Source of the DNA: Octopus sinensis
Taxonomy: Eukaryota
Direction: 5' to 3'
Length of the DNA: 64,000 bases
Assembly: GCF_006345805.1 (NCBI RefSeq)
Contig: NC_043002.1
Span: forward strand, 116,250,001-116,314,000
In this document: piece after piece, positions 12,286 through 26,511 of the stretch
Numbering within the stretch: position 1 is the first letter of the stretch
Layout: each line of letters opens with the position of its first letter
The notes under the pieces: model-generated
Database searches by the model: none
Told to the model about the DNA's origin: nothing
The model's input: only the letters and a program-made list of their open reading frames with translations
Position numbers and translations under genes: made by a program

Positions 12286-12581
12286 CTGTGCTGACCAGAA
12301 TATCGTATTATGTTATATACCGTTAGTCACGATGCGCTTCCTGACATTATTGTGACTTTCAGATGATGCCAGCTCGCTGGCTAGGTGGGCAGGCCAACGT
12401 TCCTCCTGACCGAAACGCCAGTCCGTCACATATTTACCCATTTACAGTAGAGTGAACAGGAGCAACATGAAATGAAATACCTTGCAATAGAACACAAAGC
12501 ACCGCCGGTCCGGGAATCGAAACCACTACCTCGTGATTGTGAGTGCAATGTGCAACACCACTAGGCCACGCGAGCCTTCAC
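12284..12581 (-). mobile_element. tRNA-derived SINE, family C
   Basis: Head GCGTGGCCTAGTGG...GGTTTCGATTCCCGGACCGG, then a CORE/V-like middle (TGTGTTCTATTGCAAGG...TTGCTCC...TAAATGGGTA). Relatives at 30640-30840 and 39525-39772. Confidence 0.7.
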
Positions 12582-12674
12582 GCACATATACAAATATATA
12601 TATATATACATACACATATATATACATAAATGTATATATATATGTATATATATGTGTATATATATGTACATATA

Positions 12675-12905
12675 TATTTCTTTACTACCCACAAGGGGCT
12701 AAACACAGAGGGGACAAACAAGGACAGACAAACGGATTAAGTCGATTACATCGACCCCAGTGCGTAACTGGTACTTAATTTATCGACCCCGAAAGGATGA
12801 AAGGCAAAGTCGACCTCGACGGAATTTGAACTCAGAATGTAACGGCAGACGAAATACGGCTGCGTATTTCGCCCGGCGTGCTAACCTTTCTGCCAGCTCG
12901 CCGCC
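12675..12905 (-). mobile_element. tRNA-derived SINE, family B (Meta/MESC-like central domain)
   Basis: GGCGGCGAGCTGGCAGAA..GTTAGCACGCCGGGCG...GAGTTCAAATTCCGTCGAGGTCGACTTTGCCTTTCATCCTTTCGGGGTCGATAAATTAAGTACCAG. Near-identical copies at 31031 and 42107. Confidence 0.85.
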
Positions 12906-12929
12906 TTTTTATAATTATATATAATCAGT

Positions 12930-15510
12930 AAAAGTATCTACTTAACGTAATGTCTATATTTTTCCTACTGTATATATAACTTTTAGCGGTGATTTTCATT
13001 AACACCGTATCTAATACAGGTAATCACTAAAGCAATGCCTCCGCAATACTCCCTTCAAATAGCATGTCTATGGATACTAACATAATACTAAACTTAATAA
13101 CTATCTGTACAACCTATTAAATATAACGTATAATAACACAACACAACGCCCGTTTATCATCGACTACTTATTATGTTTATTGCTATGTCACATTCAACAA
13201 AGTTTTCAACTTCAATTTCTACCAATCATTAACTATACTATTTTAACATCTACCACAATAATGGCAATGACTACAATATATAGTACTCATAAAATACTCC
13301 TAATGCTATCAATAAAATCTCTACTACATATAACTACCAATGCGATATAGGTATATTATCATTATAACCTCTTGTACACAAATCTCTCTACATAAACTCT
13401 ACATAGTTAATATCGATAGGACCTCTATAACACTTAATATCTACAACCTGTATTATACACAGTCCATAATATTTATCAAAACAACTCTCACTATACACGT
13501 CTATTTACAACGTGTACTACACAATTTATATTAAACATAAGATATATCGTCAATACAAGCTGTTCACACACACGCACACACACACACTTAACACACTCAC
13601 ACATACATAAACATACGCACACACACACTGTTACTACTACACAAAATATCCGCAATACGATCTACTAATAACTACCCTATTACTCGTCATGCTATAATGC
13701 CTACCAATACCACTCTTACTACTCATATCTTCTATCAACAATTTCAACTACATATAGTATCACGCAATATAAAATCTACTACGTATAGCCTCTAATAATA
13801 CTATCTCTTGCTCTAACAATATTTATTTTCACAAACTCTACTACATATCATTTATGTCAATAAAATCTCTGCAACACGCAATGTCTATCTATAATTTCGA
13901 ATACACACAATGTCTTCTAAAAGAATTTCAACGACTCACTACGCAGAGTGACTATTAATGCAACCTCTGCTACACATAATATCGATCAATACAACCTCCA
14001 CGACATATGTCTAACAATAAAATTTCTACTACAAATAGTGTTCATCAATTTTCTGTGCTACACTATTAATAGAAACTTTATTCCATAAAACACTACCATG
14101 TCTGCCACCCTAAAATCTATCAATACAATCTCAACCTCACATAATGTCTATCAAATCTGTATTTCACATAGTGTCCATTAGTTAAAACCTCTGCTGCACT
14201 TAATGTCTCTCTACAATATCCACAATATGCAGTGTGTCTGAGTACAAATTCTATTTGTACATACATTCTAATGACAATCAACATAAACTTTCTTCCATGT
14301 AGTGACTACGTATACAACCTCTAATACACATAGTGCCAATCTACAAAATACATGCAATTCATATCTATTTACAATATAAAATACATATAATGTAATCTTT
14401 AGTATACATAGATTTCAACGCTAAAACATCTACTTTTTATAGTAGCTCTCGAAACAACTCCGCTACACATTATCTACAATTTCTATTACACATGTCTTAT
14501 AACTTCAAATAATCTCAGCTGCAGATAAAGTTTATTAGTATACTCTGTATTGTACATGATGTTTACAAATTCTACTATGCCTACTGTCCTCCAATACAAA
14601 CTTTACTGGGTATGATGTTTAACAACTGAATCTCCACAATATATATCGTCTATAAATACACAATCATATTTCGTATTAATACATCCTCAACAGCACCGTA
14701 TTTATCAATAAAACCTCCACTATATATTATTTCTATAAATTTAATCTCTACTACACACAGTGTCTACGTAAATTCTTTTACCTATATTACTGTATATCAA
14801 TAAAACATACTAAACAATGTTTATAATTTCATTTCTACTACCTAGCACACACAATGCAACATCAGCTATATCTATATATATATATATATACCATTACAAA
14901 CTTTATTACATTTTTCCATCTACAAGTCTTCTTCATATAATGACTGTTTGCAAACGCTGCTCCATAAAATACCTATATCCCTACTTCTACCACATACAAT
15001 ATCGTTCAATATTACATCTATAATACATAATATCTCAATATAATTCTCTACATCATACACTCTTGACTTTTTTACCATAGTACTCCTCAACTACAGATAA
15101 GCTATCAATATACATCTATTGCACATAATGTCCAATTAATTCAATTTCTCCAGCGCACAATGTTTATCTGCAATCGTTACTACTACACATAATACTCGCA
15201 GCACATAATATCTATCAATGTCTATAATAAAAATCTCTCCAAAACATATTTATCTACTATCTCTACACTACATAAGGTATTCAATACAATCTCTACTTCA
15301 AACATTTTTATCAATACAATGTATATTACACATATGTAACACTAAAAATATATATGTCTAACTCATGTAAATTTGAAACCTTTCGCACTTAAATATCTAC
15401 GACCTGTAATGTATATATACAGTCGCTACTATACATAATGTCCATCAACTCAACATCAACTATACATAATATCTGCATACCATCTTTACTTCATACAGTA
15501 CCTGTCAATA
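12930..15510 (+). repeat. Degenerate 31-bp minisatellite, block 3 (A/C-rich orientation)
   Basis: Recurrent units near the approximate consensus TCTCTACTACACATAATGTCTATCAATACAA, e.g. AATACAATCTCTACT near 15283 and CATAATGTCTATCAA near 14139. Confidence 0.8.
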
Positions 15511-15519
15511 TGGCGGTTG

Positions 15520-15900
15520 CCACTTCTTTATAGAAAAAGATCATCTCTTCAGTTAGTAAATGAGATCTCATATGCCTAGCAAGTTTTACTGAAGATGTTA
15601 CAAACATTTTCAGGTAGAAAAGTGTTTGGGGTGGTTTACGAAGCGCTCGTTTCAAGAGAGAGCGTTCAATTTTCTGTGTTTCAAAATGCTTTACGACCGT
15701 TGCAGATACATTCTTTCCAAATCGATCGATTTTCTGTCATCTGCTCCCAGTGTCCAACATCTACTCTACGAGTTGTTTTTGATGACAACCCTAATATGGG
15801 TTTATATCTAGTGTGTTTACCATGTTGCAACTCCCCGTAGAAAAATGCTTAGGTAACTTGTTATCCTCCATCCTAGTAAGGTATTCTGCCCAACGCATCT
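15520..15900 (-). mobile_element. RTE-BovB-like LINE 3' fragment
   Basis: Minus strand reads FYGELQHGK...WEQMTENRSIWKECICNGRKAF...KRALRK, matching the BovB C-terminus (FYGEL..GKR, WE.LA.DR..W). Confidence 0.7.
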
Positions 15901-16719
15901 GATTGCATATGAGGAGTATCTCAATGCTGGATGGGTTGGCTCGCTAAAGAACAACAATATAATCTTTTCAATATACTACTCATAATGCACTACTCATAAT
16001 ACTACACGCTGTGACTATGAATACAATAACTATTATATACTAAGCGTAATAATTTCACTCATCTCCAATAATTTTACTTGTTTGAAGGTGAAGTGTATTT
16101 TAGGCTAACTTTGATTCACGGATGCACAATGTGATATCTATTTTTTCCCCCAATATGTGTGTCAAATTTAGTTGTTAAGTACTATAGGATATAGAGGTGC
16201 AAAAATTCACCTTGTTTTTGTAGCTTTGAAAATTGTCAATGATATTAAATCTTCGATTCAAACCGCTCTCTTTATTTAAAAAAATATCTAGAAAACCTTT
16301 TTAAGACGAAGGTTAAGTTAATTTCCTACAAAACCTGTATGCCACAACAATCCACTTGCTTTGTGACAGGGAAAAAAGAATACAATCAGATGGTATGGTA
16401 ATAGATTAATGACAGAGAGATAACTGCACGAACTATCATAAAACATATAATACAATATATTGCCAGAAAATATTTCTCAGATTAAATCTTTAAAACAGAG
16501 AAAGTCTCTGGCATAGGTTCTAAAGATAACGTTTCAATTGAGAATGGAAATGTTTTTGATTCTGTACCTGTTAGCCACTCAGTATATCTTATAGATAATC
16601 ATAAAACCATGAAAATAAAACTGAAAAAAGTGTTCAAATACTTCGAATACATTTAGATTATTTGTGGAAATTTGAAAGTGATTTCAATATTGCTTTGGCT
16701 AACAAAGTACTTACACTAA

Positions 16720-17800
16720 ATTCTCCGTTTTGTCCATCTAAAAGAGATTACAGGGTGAGATGATGTTTTGAGATAGAAGACTTGGGCATAGTAGATAGCG
16801 CGGGGCCTGTGAGAGGCTGGATCTAACAAGGGTGATAAGGGATGGAAAAACGGCTGAATAAAAATGTCTGAGTGGAGGCAGCATGAGCTCAGCAAACCCC
16901 AAGGAGCAAAGACTATCATAGTTACGACAGAAAAAGCAACCTCTGGGCCATAGAACGCTTGTGGGTTAGAGGCTAGAGAGGATCTATGACTGAATTTATG
17001 CCAGTCAGTGACCCTTATTTCGGGTGCAGTATAGGATGTCTGTATGTGAAGATGTATCCTAGATATGAGGGCAACACACCATTGTGGGACTTACCTGAAC
17101 AGAAGGGTAAGACTTTGGGATGTGATTCTAATTTATATTAAGGTTGTGTAAGTGAGGGTTCTAAGTTGCATTCTGCTCATGTTTAAGAGAGAGCATGGTA
17201 CCATGATGTTTTCATATGAGTAGCGTTTGTGTTTTCTTACTATTGATAAGATAATATTGGCATATGATCATTGAAAGATGCTTTTGAAGTATATTTTCAT
17301 GGAACCAGTGCATGTTTGGTGTGGTATTTTGTAGGTTGCGCGTGAAAGGTGTCTGATTGGAGAAGGTTAGAGAAGAATGAAGAATTGTATTATCTGCGTA
17401 AGAGTGGGTGTTATTGGACGTAACGGCAAGTATGTCCTTGATGTATAAAAGAAAGGGAGTGGAATAGTAATCCAAACCCAAAGATACGCCAGATTTCCGT
17501 CAGCATGCTGTGATAATGCAATCTATGTAACAAGCTATTCATTCTGGAGATTGTAAGATGAGGGTATTTCATAGGCAGGTAGTTTTGGGAGGAGATTTCA
17601 GGTCACCCACAGTCGAAAACACGTCTTAAACATCCTACAATTAAATTCTAAGTCAATAAAAATTGAAGTCAAGTATCTTTGATGATAAGAACATTAAGAA
17701 AAAATGGTCTGTTTGTGAGTTTACTTTAACCAGTTAAGAAACATACATGAATGACATTCCCAGCCGTGAAAAATATTTGTAGATAACCACAAAACTGAAA
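16720..17800 (-). mobile_element. Degenerate CR1/L2/Jockey-like RT and C-terminal fragment
   Basis: NLLPKLPAYE...SGVSLG...PFLLYIKDIL...HSYADNTIL (YADD box)...INSKKTQTLLI. Confidence 0.7.
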
Positions 17801-18559
17801 ACTCTGAAGATCTGGTGACTGTATTACTTTTTTCTTTTCACAAGCTAGGTTGTAATACAAGTATTAAAGCGCATTTCCTCCGCAACAATTTAGACTAACA
17901 CAGCCAATTTAGGAGAAGCAAAGAGAGCATTTCTACCAAGACATGAAAACTATGAATAAAAGATAGCAGGGAATGTGGAATGCATGCATATATGTTGGCA
18001 GACAATTAAAAGAAAACTTACAAAAGAAAGAAAACAGAAGCCAAACCTGTTCTTATATTTATTCTACGTTTTCAGGCGTTGAACAGACGGAATTTATTAC
18101 CTGTGTGATGCACTTCTTTCTATAATATGTCACTGTTTACAATAAAGTGCGTCATTTCGGTGATACTTTCATGTATTTGTATGATAAAATATACCAAATT
18201 TAAAAAATCATAAAATTAGTACTCTAAAATAGATGAAAAGTGTTAGATCTCATAAAATGAGATCTAAAATGAGATAGTTGAAATGAATATAAGAGCTATC
18301 CTCTCATTAAAAGGCTAAATTGACTACTATATAATTGTAGCTTATGTTTCACTAATAAACAAACTTTATTCACACTATATCGCTACAATGTGAAAATGCG
18401 TTTCTGAAAGGAAAAAGAGAAAATGGAAACTTGAATTGATAAATAAATTCTGACAAAATTATAGACAAGGAACACTTTTCATGAAAACGATAAACTTTTC
18501 CCAAAATGCAGCCAAATGTTATTAATATACCGTCTGTTCTTAGTGTAACATTCTCTTCA

Positions 18560-19565
18560 GCACAAGATATCAATATGCAATATCTATCACTGATAATGTC
18601 TGACTGGAATATCTACTACTCACAATGTCTCACATTGCAAAAATGTACAACACATAATGTCTAACGATATAATAGCTAGTGTTCATAAATATCTACCAAT
18701 ACGATCTATACCACACAATATATCTTGCTATGATATCTACTACCCATAATGTCTATTAACACTAAATGTGATATTTTATAAAACGCCTGTCAATTTAGTC
18801 TCTCCTGCTCGTAATGTCTGTATATATAATCTCTTCCAACACATAATGTTAATGAATACAATCTTTATTAGACTTATCAATGAAATATTTACTATACAAA
18901 AATCTTCTATAACATCTACGCCACAAAGTCTCTTATAAAATTCTTGAATACATGTAACTATCTTTCTAGAATAATTACACCTCCTGTACTCCTGTAAACA
19001 TAAGGTTTCTCAATGAAAATTCCACTGTTCAAAATATCGATCATTACAATCTCTACTACAAATAATGTATGTCTACAGCCTCTACTATACACAAACTACT
19101 AGACATATAATATCTCTTAGTACAATGTGTACAGCATAACATCTCTACGAATAACTACTGCACATAATATCTATCAGTATAATCTCTACAACACATAATT
19201 GTAATAATTATTAACACAATACTATCTTGACTACGAAATGTCTAGCAATGCAAGTTCCACTATTCATAACGTCCATTAATACAATATGTACTACACATAA
19301 CATATCTGTAGAAACCCTTCTGAATAATATATCATTACACACGTTACTAGAAATATTGCGTATCAAAACAACTTCTACTACATATAATGTCTATCTACTT
19401 AGCCACCGCTCGCATATTTTCTAACATTATCCCTACTGCATATAACAGCTATCAATATTACTTCTACTATATATAATATCGATCAATACAAACTCACACT
19501 CTCTATTCCCCATATCTATTAAAGCAATCTCTATTATATATAATGTCTATAAACTTCTATATATT
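18560..19565 (+). repeat. Degenerate 31-bp minisatellite, block 4 (A/C-rich orientation)
   Basis: Same unit as block 3, e.g. TACAATCTCTACTACAAATAATG near 19045 and CTACTACATATAATGTCTAT near 19375. Confidence 0.8.
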
Positions 19566-22009
19566 AAGATTCCTAAGAATAGCGGTTAAATTCATATTGT
19601 AGAGGTTAGAATGTATAATTTATGCCATAGTTTTAGAAATATGTTGCTTTATAAAGCAGGTGCTTCATATATATACTGTCAGAATATAACAATGTCGACA
19701 GGATATTAGTCTATTTTTTTCTCCACTTTTGAAGTTAAATGTGTAACCATTAGTATATCTTGAATGTGAATGCATAAATTCATACCTACTCTTCTCCATA
19801 AACGGAAATAGCTATCACTCGTTGGCAAAACTCTGCAGTTATTCGAAGGGTACACTTTAAGAGGTTACAATTAATGCCGAACTGAACACGTCATGGGGAC
19901 CTTAACTTTCGACAGTATAGCTCACACTTCTATCTCAACCAATTTTATTGCCATTAATATTTTATAGCAAAGTGGAATCGATACGTTTGGATGATGCCTA
20001 ATTGAGAAATAATTAGTTTTGCGATACTATAACGAGTAGCAAGTTTCATAGAGCTGAACTTACATAGAAATTTGGATTTCTGTTTGGAACCATATCAATT
20101 CTGTTGCAAATAGGCTTGGGAAATATGTTACACTTTTGTTTTCCAACACTCGATGTTTATATAAAAAACAGTAATTGAAAAGAATATACATTAGGCAAGT
20201 TCTGAAAGGTGTAGTGAATATGATTTTCTAATATGAAAATGGTCTAAGTTCCGATATAATATAACAAAATAGTCAACCAATAATTTCAATTCTAAACCCG
20301 CTTATTATTCTTTAGAAAGTTTTCGCATAACGACTTAAAAGCCCATCAAGATTTTAATTACAGTGTATTGAGAGTTTGATTAAATTCAATATCTTTTAAT
20401 ATCTTCCTGATTTACGGTCATGCAAACATTTCTTCCTATACTTTGTCTTACACCTGAGCATTCTTTTGAAAGGTATTGAGATCCTCTTGAATTATCTTTA
20501 TTCATTATTAAACAAAGTTTTCGTTAAACAAAGTTCAATACGAAGAGATGGTAGAAATGTGTTTTGAGTATTAACTAAAACGACAGCTTGAATATAGCTG
20601 AATGTAGCTCATTCTTGCGATATATGTCGACCTTAGGGGCTAATCACGGTTATTATAGTAATCCGTGGTAGCAAGACTGCTCTATAGACATAAGAAGCAA
20701 CAATATTTTGCTAATCTTGCTTGCATTGGCATGCCAGTAACTTTCAGATTGCAACAAAGATATCTATAATGAACATTGTATTGAATATTATCAACTACGC
20801 ATGAACATACTATCATATGTTCAATTTAGAGTCGAAGTGGGCAATAGGATTACATAGCTTTACATTCCTGCCAAGTAGTAGAACTGCTTTGATGAAGAGA
20901 CATCAGTCGGATGGTAGATGAGTCAGAGACAAATTTGTGAAAGGCACATGGATGCAACTACAATAGCACAGAAGCCCGTCAACCGTAAAGCTTGTTAATT
21001 TTTGTCAGTTAACTTACCCCGTTTCAGTCTTGAGGCGAGAAGCTCTGGTTTTTCTTCAGGTAGCGATGTCTTTAGCAAGATCATCCAAACACTCTTCAGT
21101 AAATAACTTTGGTTCCAAATTTCCTTTAGGTTTTTATTCAGGATATGTAGATCAAGCAGTTCTACTTATTGCACATTCTCATTGTTTACTTCCTCATTTA
21201 TAGAAACTAGCTATTTATACGAGGACAGAGAATTTATAGTGTTCCATCAAATTGGACTGGTTTATAGTGGAATTGAAGAAGGACTTGAAATGAATGATGT
21301 TAGCCCCACAAAAATATCAGAATATCAATTATTATGACAATCTTTTTAATTCCTCATATGATGAGTTTCACAAAAGTCGCATTTCTTTTCGTTGAACCAA
21401 TAATATTAAAAAGCGAAACAGATTCGACCTGGTACCCACTGATTGTTTTGGTTATATATTGGAAACCAAATATATATCTGGCAAGTATTCATAAGCTCAG
21501 TTGTGGCAGTTTACCGTTATGTCTGGATGATTATACATTCCCTAGGCACGCTGACTAACCAGCAATGATCTGAACAAATATTAAAAAAATATAAAGTATT
21601 TTAAATATAATTATCAAAAAAGAAACGGTTAGTGCTACTGAAAAACTGAAAACAGTTTTAAAATTCTTGTTCTTTCAAAATCATCTTCAACAGAAATGCT
21701 TTGCGTTCTGATTTTATGGGTAAATTTTAACTCTTCAAAGTAGGAAAGTACAGGATATTGACATTGTTAGACGCATAAGCGACGTAGCTCTGCTATGGTT
21801 GTTGAGATTTTAATCTGGCTGCGTCTGATAAGAGGCACATTACAAAGCTATACTGATTCGATGTAACGTAACTGTTTCCCACATACAGCAGTTATCATTC
21901 AAAAGAAGCAAATAAAAAAATCTCTTCCTCGAAATTGCAAGAATTGTGTTCCTTTTTCTACACATTTTGCTTTATGCTATTTGACAGCAGCATCAAAAAT
22001 CATTAATGA

Positions 22010-22260
22010 CTGATAGAAACCTAAAAAGTGTTGGTGTTGATATTGCTAAATTAAGAGAAGCACGCCAAGTCAGAAGTTGTTTCATATGAGCAAAGCTATT
22101 TAATAATATTTGGGAGGACAGTTCTGACAGCATGACATTCAAACGTAGAATTGATTCTGCTGTTTGTAATGGAGTGCTCTATATAACTTCGAAGCTAACC
22201 TATGTTGTTCCCAATTTAGCATTACTAAGATCGCTTTCGAGAGTTGGTCTCTGCAATCCT
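22010..22260 (+). mobile_element. Possible very old RTE endonuclease relic
   Basis: LKSVGVDIAKLREAR resembles the DIAALSETR motif. The rest is barely alignable. Confidence 0.3.
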
Positions 22261-23751
22261 TTCTTCTTCAGAAATGTAGGATACACTCTCTCCTTTCACC
22301 GAACGTTAAGCTAATACATTTCTTGTGTACATCCTCATGTTGTCCGTTTATATTCGTTTATTTCAATTGGTTATATATGTGTATATGTAGGTATGCGTGT
22401 GCATACAAGTAGATGTGCAACGAGTTGAAAAGCACCCAATCCATATTCTAGAAGCTATATGTATTTATCAACCAGCTGACTGAAACTTCATAGACGTCAA
22501 AGCATGTCGAGCTCATCGAATGCATGGGAACAGAGTGAAGATGAATAAAAATTGCTTTCAAATGAGAATATTAGGATCCTCTATTGGCCCGCTCAAGTTA
22601 CGTGTTGGAATTGAAAGTATACTGATTTTCTCGTTTGTTGTTACACGTGGTAGAAAGGACAATCTGACGGTGTATATGTTCTTTCACCTGGATGGAAACA
22701 TGTGTCTGCTGTACGAGGTTACTTGATGACGTTATGTGCGAAATTATATTTGATGCATTCGTTGCTAGGTGTTAACAATGGAAGCTAGCAGAGGGAACAA
22801 TCTCAATTTGAGCAATTAGAAGTTAATCTTCCCTGAATTTACATGTTAACCAACTAGAGTTAAGGGGTATATCTAGTATATTAGCGGCCAATAGTTTGAA
22901 GTTCATTAACAGAGTGGTTCGTTGATGACAACAAAACTATTGCTTGACTTAAACAATTAGCCAAGGTAGAACTGGGAATTAGAGCCTCCTCATGAGTAAT
23001 GAGCATGTCTGTCAAGAATGCTGCATATAATATTGTGGAAGTAAATTTCTTGATCTCGGAACCATATCACTAGTATCACAATAATCGAGAAACAAGAGAT
23101 AACGAGAATTTCTGATACCGAGGGTATCCCGAAAGCAGTGTTAGGATGGCTCTATAAACCACAGCATTTTTGAGCAACATTTCTCTGGAAAGCCCTGCCT
23201 CTCAAATTTTTTATCTATCGAAATGATTACTTTATACGCTAATATTGCTGCATGTGCGCTAACGTAAAGTGCTATCTTTCTAAATTTATTCATTCAGATA
23301 CCATTTCTTTCGAAACAGTAGAGTCCCGATTGAAATATCTTTGAACATTGGGCCACTAAAACACGGTTGAACTGGAGCTAAACAACAAGGATGAAAAAGA
23401 ACAAAATTATATACGTATCTATATAACGGAATATATTAATCCTTATTGCAAGGGTTTATCATAGAAATCTTTGTGTAATTGAAGCCGTACTTTCAAGAAA
23501 TATACACAGCAATAATTACAGGGCAAATGTCTGGGTAATTCACAATTGTTTTACTGTATACTTTTATTTTGATGAACGAGCTGCAAAACTCAATGCATTT
23601 CGGTCTCACACGAATTGCTATGAGAAGGAATGAGAGTCAATATGAGAAAAAACTTATTTGCTTTGGAGTATGTACTTTATGATATATTTTCCATAATCCT
23701 TGACAATGTGCAAGAACCCTATGTTATTAAAACTTTTTTTATGTTTTCTAG

Positions 23752-24673
23752 ATCATGGAGGGAATTTCTGTCTTCTTCGTTTTGATGTCAATTGTATCTT
23801 TCACTTTGGAATCACTTGAAGATTTTCGTGTACCAGTATTACACAACTCTACACTTAATGTCCGGCAAAAAATCATGAAAACAAATCCTTTGACAGTATT
23901 TAAAATCCTCGAGATAACATGCATAGCTTACTTTACATTTGAATTAGTTATCCGATTAATATTTTGTCCCAACCGATTAATCTTTTTTAAAAATTTTCTC
24001 AATTGGATTGACGTTTTCTCATTAATACCATTTTATTTACGTGAAATCGTGGATAGATTTGTTGGAATGAAAACAGAAGTTTCATATTATGTCAATATGT
24101 TGCGTCTCATACGTATTTTTCGAATTTTACGTTTGACACGACATGTCAGTGGTATACGAATATTAGCTCACACAGTGAAGGCGAGTGCAAAAGAACTACT
24201 TCTATTGATAATTGTTGTCTTTATGGGAATAACCATATTCGCATGCCTTATCTATTACGCCCAGCAAATAGATGAAACAGCTAGCAACAAATTTTTGAAT
24301 ATTCCCATCGGATTTTGGTGGGCTCTCGTTACTATAACAACTCTTGGATATGGTGACTATGTTCCTGACACCCTACTCGGTTACATTATTGGAGCAATAT
24401 GCTCTCTTTGTGGCGTTCTTATGCTGGCGCTTCCAGTACCAGTTATTGTCAATAATTTTACACTTTATTACTCACATGCTCAAGCAAAGCTGAAACTACC
24501 AAAAAAGACAAAGAAAGTTCTTGTAGGTGCGGCCGATGCCTTAAAAGAAATGGTGTTTAGTGAAGATCAGCTATCGGAAAAGCAGGAGTCACTTTCTACC
24601 AGCATCACATCTATATATGGTAAAACTAGTCAGGACAGCGCAATTGACAGTACAGACAGTTCCTCCAAAACAC
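23752..24673 (+). CDS. KCNC: Shaw/Kv3-family voltage-gated potassium channel, large exon encoding S1-S6, pore and proximal C-terminus
   Basis: Acceptor TTTTTTTATGTTTTCTAG|ATC (AG at 23750-23751, phase 0). S1 ISVFFVLMSIVSFTLE, S4 LRLIRIFRILRLTRH, pore IPIGFWWALVTITTLGYGD, S6 LALPVPVIVNNF..YYSHAQAKLKLPKK (Kv3/Shaw signatures). The frame is open to TAA at 24679-24681. The 3' boundary is uncertain: phase-1 donors at 24673|GTGCGT and 24619|GTAAAA. Confidence 0.95.
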
Positions 24674-26349
24674 GTGCGTAACATTTTCAATATATACGAA
24701 ATGTTTTCAACATAACTCATTTACTCTGTCGAAACTAATAGCTTTCCGAAAACTTACCTGAATACTAGTCGTTAGTATTTTATCACCGGTTCCGAGCTTT
24801 GTCTTTGGCCATGGCAGTACTCGACAGATGACTGCATTTAAGTGCAAGTAGTTACGACATTATGTGGTGTATCTTGTTCGTAGTAAGAAGTAGCAACAAT
24901 ATAAAATGGACGGGAATTTTGTTGGCATGCAGTGTCAAGTCCAATTTCCCTCTTTTTTTTTTATCCTCGTAGACTGGAAGTAAATATCTTTTCTATGGCC
25001 CCATCCACAATAAATGGTAAAATGTAAGTACTTGTGAGAGGATATAGTGTCAGTTACTCCACAGATAATTGAGGTTTACTATTGAGTTATGTGCATCGGT
25101 ACTGTATTGATGAGAAATCTACTTACAGTAATCCAGAAAACTCAACTTTAAGAGGACATCATAAGTAGAGTTTCCAGTATAATTAACAAGTGTTTCCAAT
25201 ATAATTAACAAGTGCTTTGCTAGGTGAACAAAAACATTCTCAGTACATAGCAACGACAAACTGCTATAAAGTGTCGTTTTGTTTATTTCTCTATGAAGAT
25301 ACTTTTAGTTTATACAGTTTAAACTATTCAGGAAGGAAAAGTTAAGGTTCTTCAACATATTTAATCTATCAACAAGTTTGGATCATAGTTGATTACAACA
25401 TGATGTGAGAATGAGTAATTTGTTTTTGAAATGAAGTAAATTTAAAATCACAACTGTTCTTCCAGTAGGTTACCTTAAGATATCCCGTTGTGATTTGCAG
25501 TTTTAAGGTAATGTTGTATTGGGATATAGTTTTCCTCTGATGATGTATAAAGCTAGAGTTGATAGACTGAAACAGTTCTGTTACTGGCCTTCGAAGGATG
25601 CAGACAAATGAAAGCATAGCATCTTTCGAACTCAGTTAAGTACCAAACAGGATACAGTAAAGTCCCTTTCACCAATATTTTCTAATTAAATTATACGTCC
25701 AGGGACGATATCGAAAATACTCTAGCCAGAAAGAATTCGGTGTTATTTCACTCATGTGTTTTTTTAAGAGAATTAGAAATATGTAAATTTGAATAACACG
25801 AATTAGAAATTGAAATAAGCTTACAATCTTGATTCACCAGGGGCTTTGCCTTTACACTGTTGCTCTTACATCTTGATCGCGATATATTGATTACTGGGAG
25901 CTAAATTCAAGGCCTCAGCTTTATAGACAGGAAAAATGGATACTGTGACCCCTAAGCGTTTTCCCAAGGTAGCGGGAGACCAATAAAACGGATTCAGTTA
26001 GAAATCGTAAACTGGGAACTTATCTTTTCCTCCGGGGTGTTTGCCACATTTTCAATGAAATAGTAATACTAACAGTGTATACATTAATTAATGTTTAATT
26101 GAGCTGCAAATTATATTAAATCGAATTCCTTGCGAACATTTAAAAACCTGGCAACACACTACGAATAACATTTACTTTCCATTTTTAATTCCTTTTAAAA
26201 ACTGGTAGCAATATATTGTTATCAAGTAATTTGGCGCATTCTACGTCGATTTGGTAAACTGCCAACATCAATTGCGATTGACACTCTTCCATTGCTCTCC
26301 ATCCCCGTTTTTTCTTCCTACTACTATTAGTTTTTTCTTTCTTCTGCAG

Positions 26350-26511
26350 AAACCAATTCAAACGAAGTAGTGGGAATTCGTGTTATTTACGTCGATGAAG
26401 TAGCTGAGGGAACTGACGAAAATCGAGCGAACAGAAAGCAGTCTTCTAAGAAAAATCTAGAGAAGAGAAACAGTGTTCACCCATTACAAGAAAGGCTTGA
26501 ACAGACTTCAG
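26350..26511 (+). CDS. KCNC: Predicted internal C-terminal exon of the Kv3 gene
   Basis: Strong acceptor TTTTTTCTTTCTTCTGCAG| and donor CAG|GTAATA. 162 nt, phase 1-1, fully open: TNSNEVVGIRVIYVDEVAEGTDENRANRKQSSKKNLEKRNSVHPLQERLEQTS. No homology evidence. Confidence 0.6.

Noticed and set aside
21010-21065. Minus-strand CTGAAGA...GAAAC...GTA
   Set aside because: No convincing stem I or stem II pairing.
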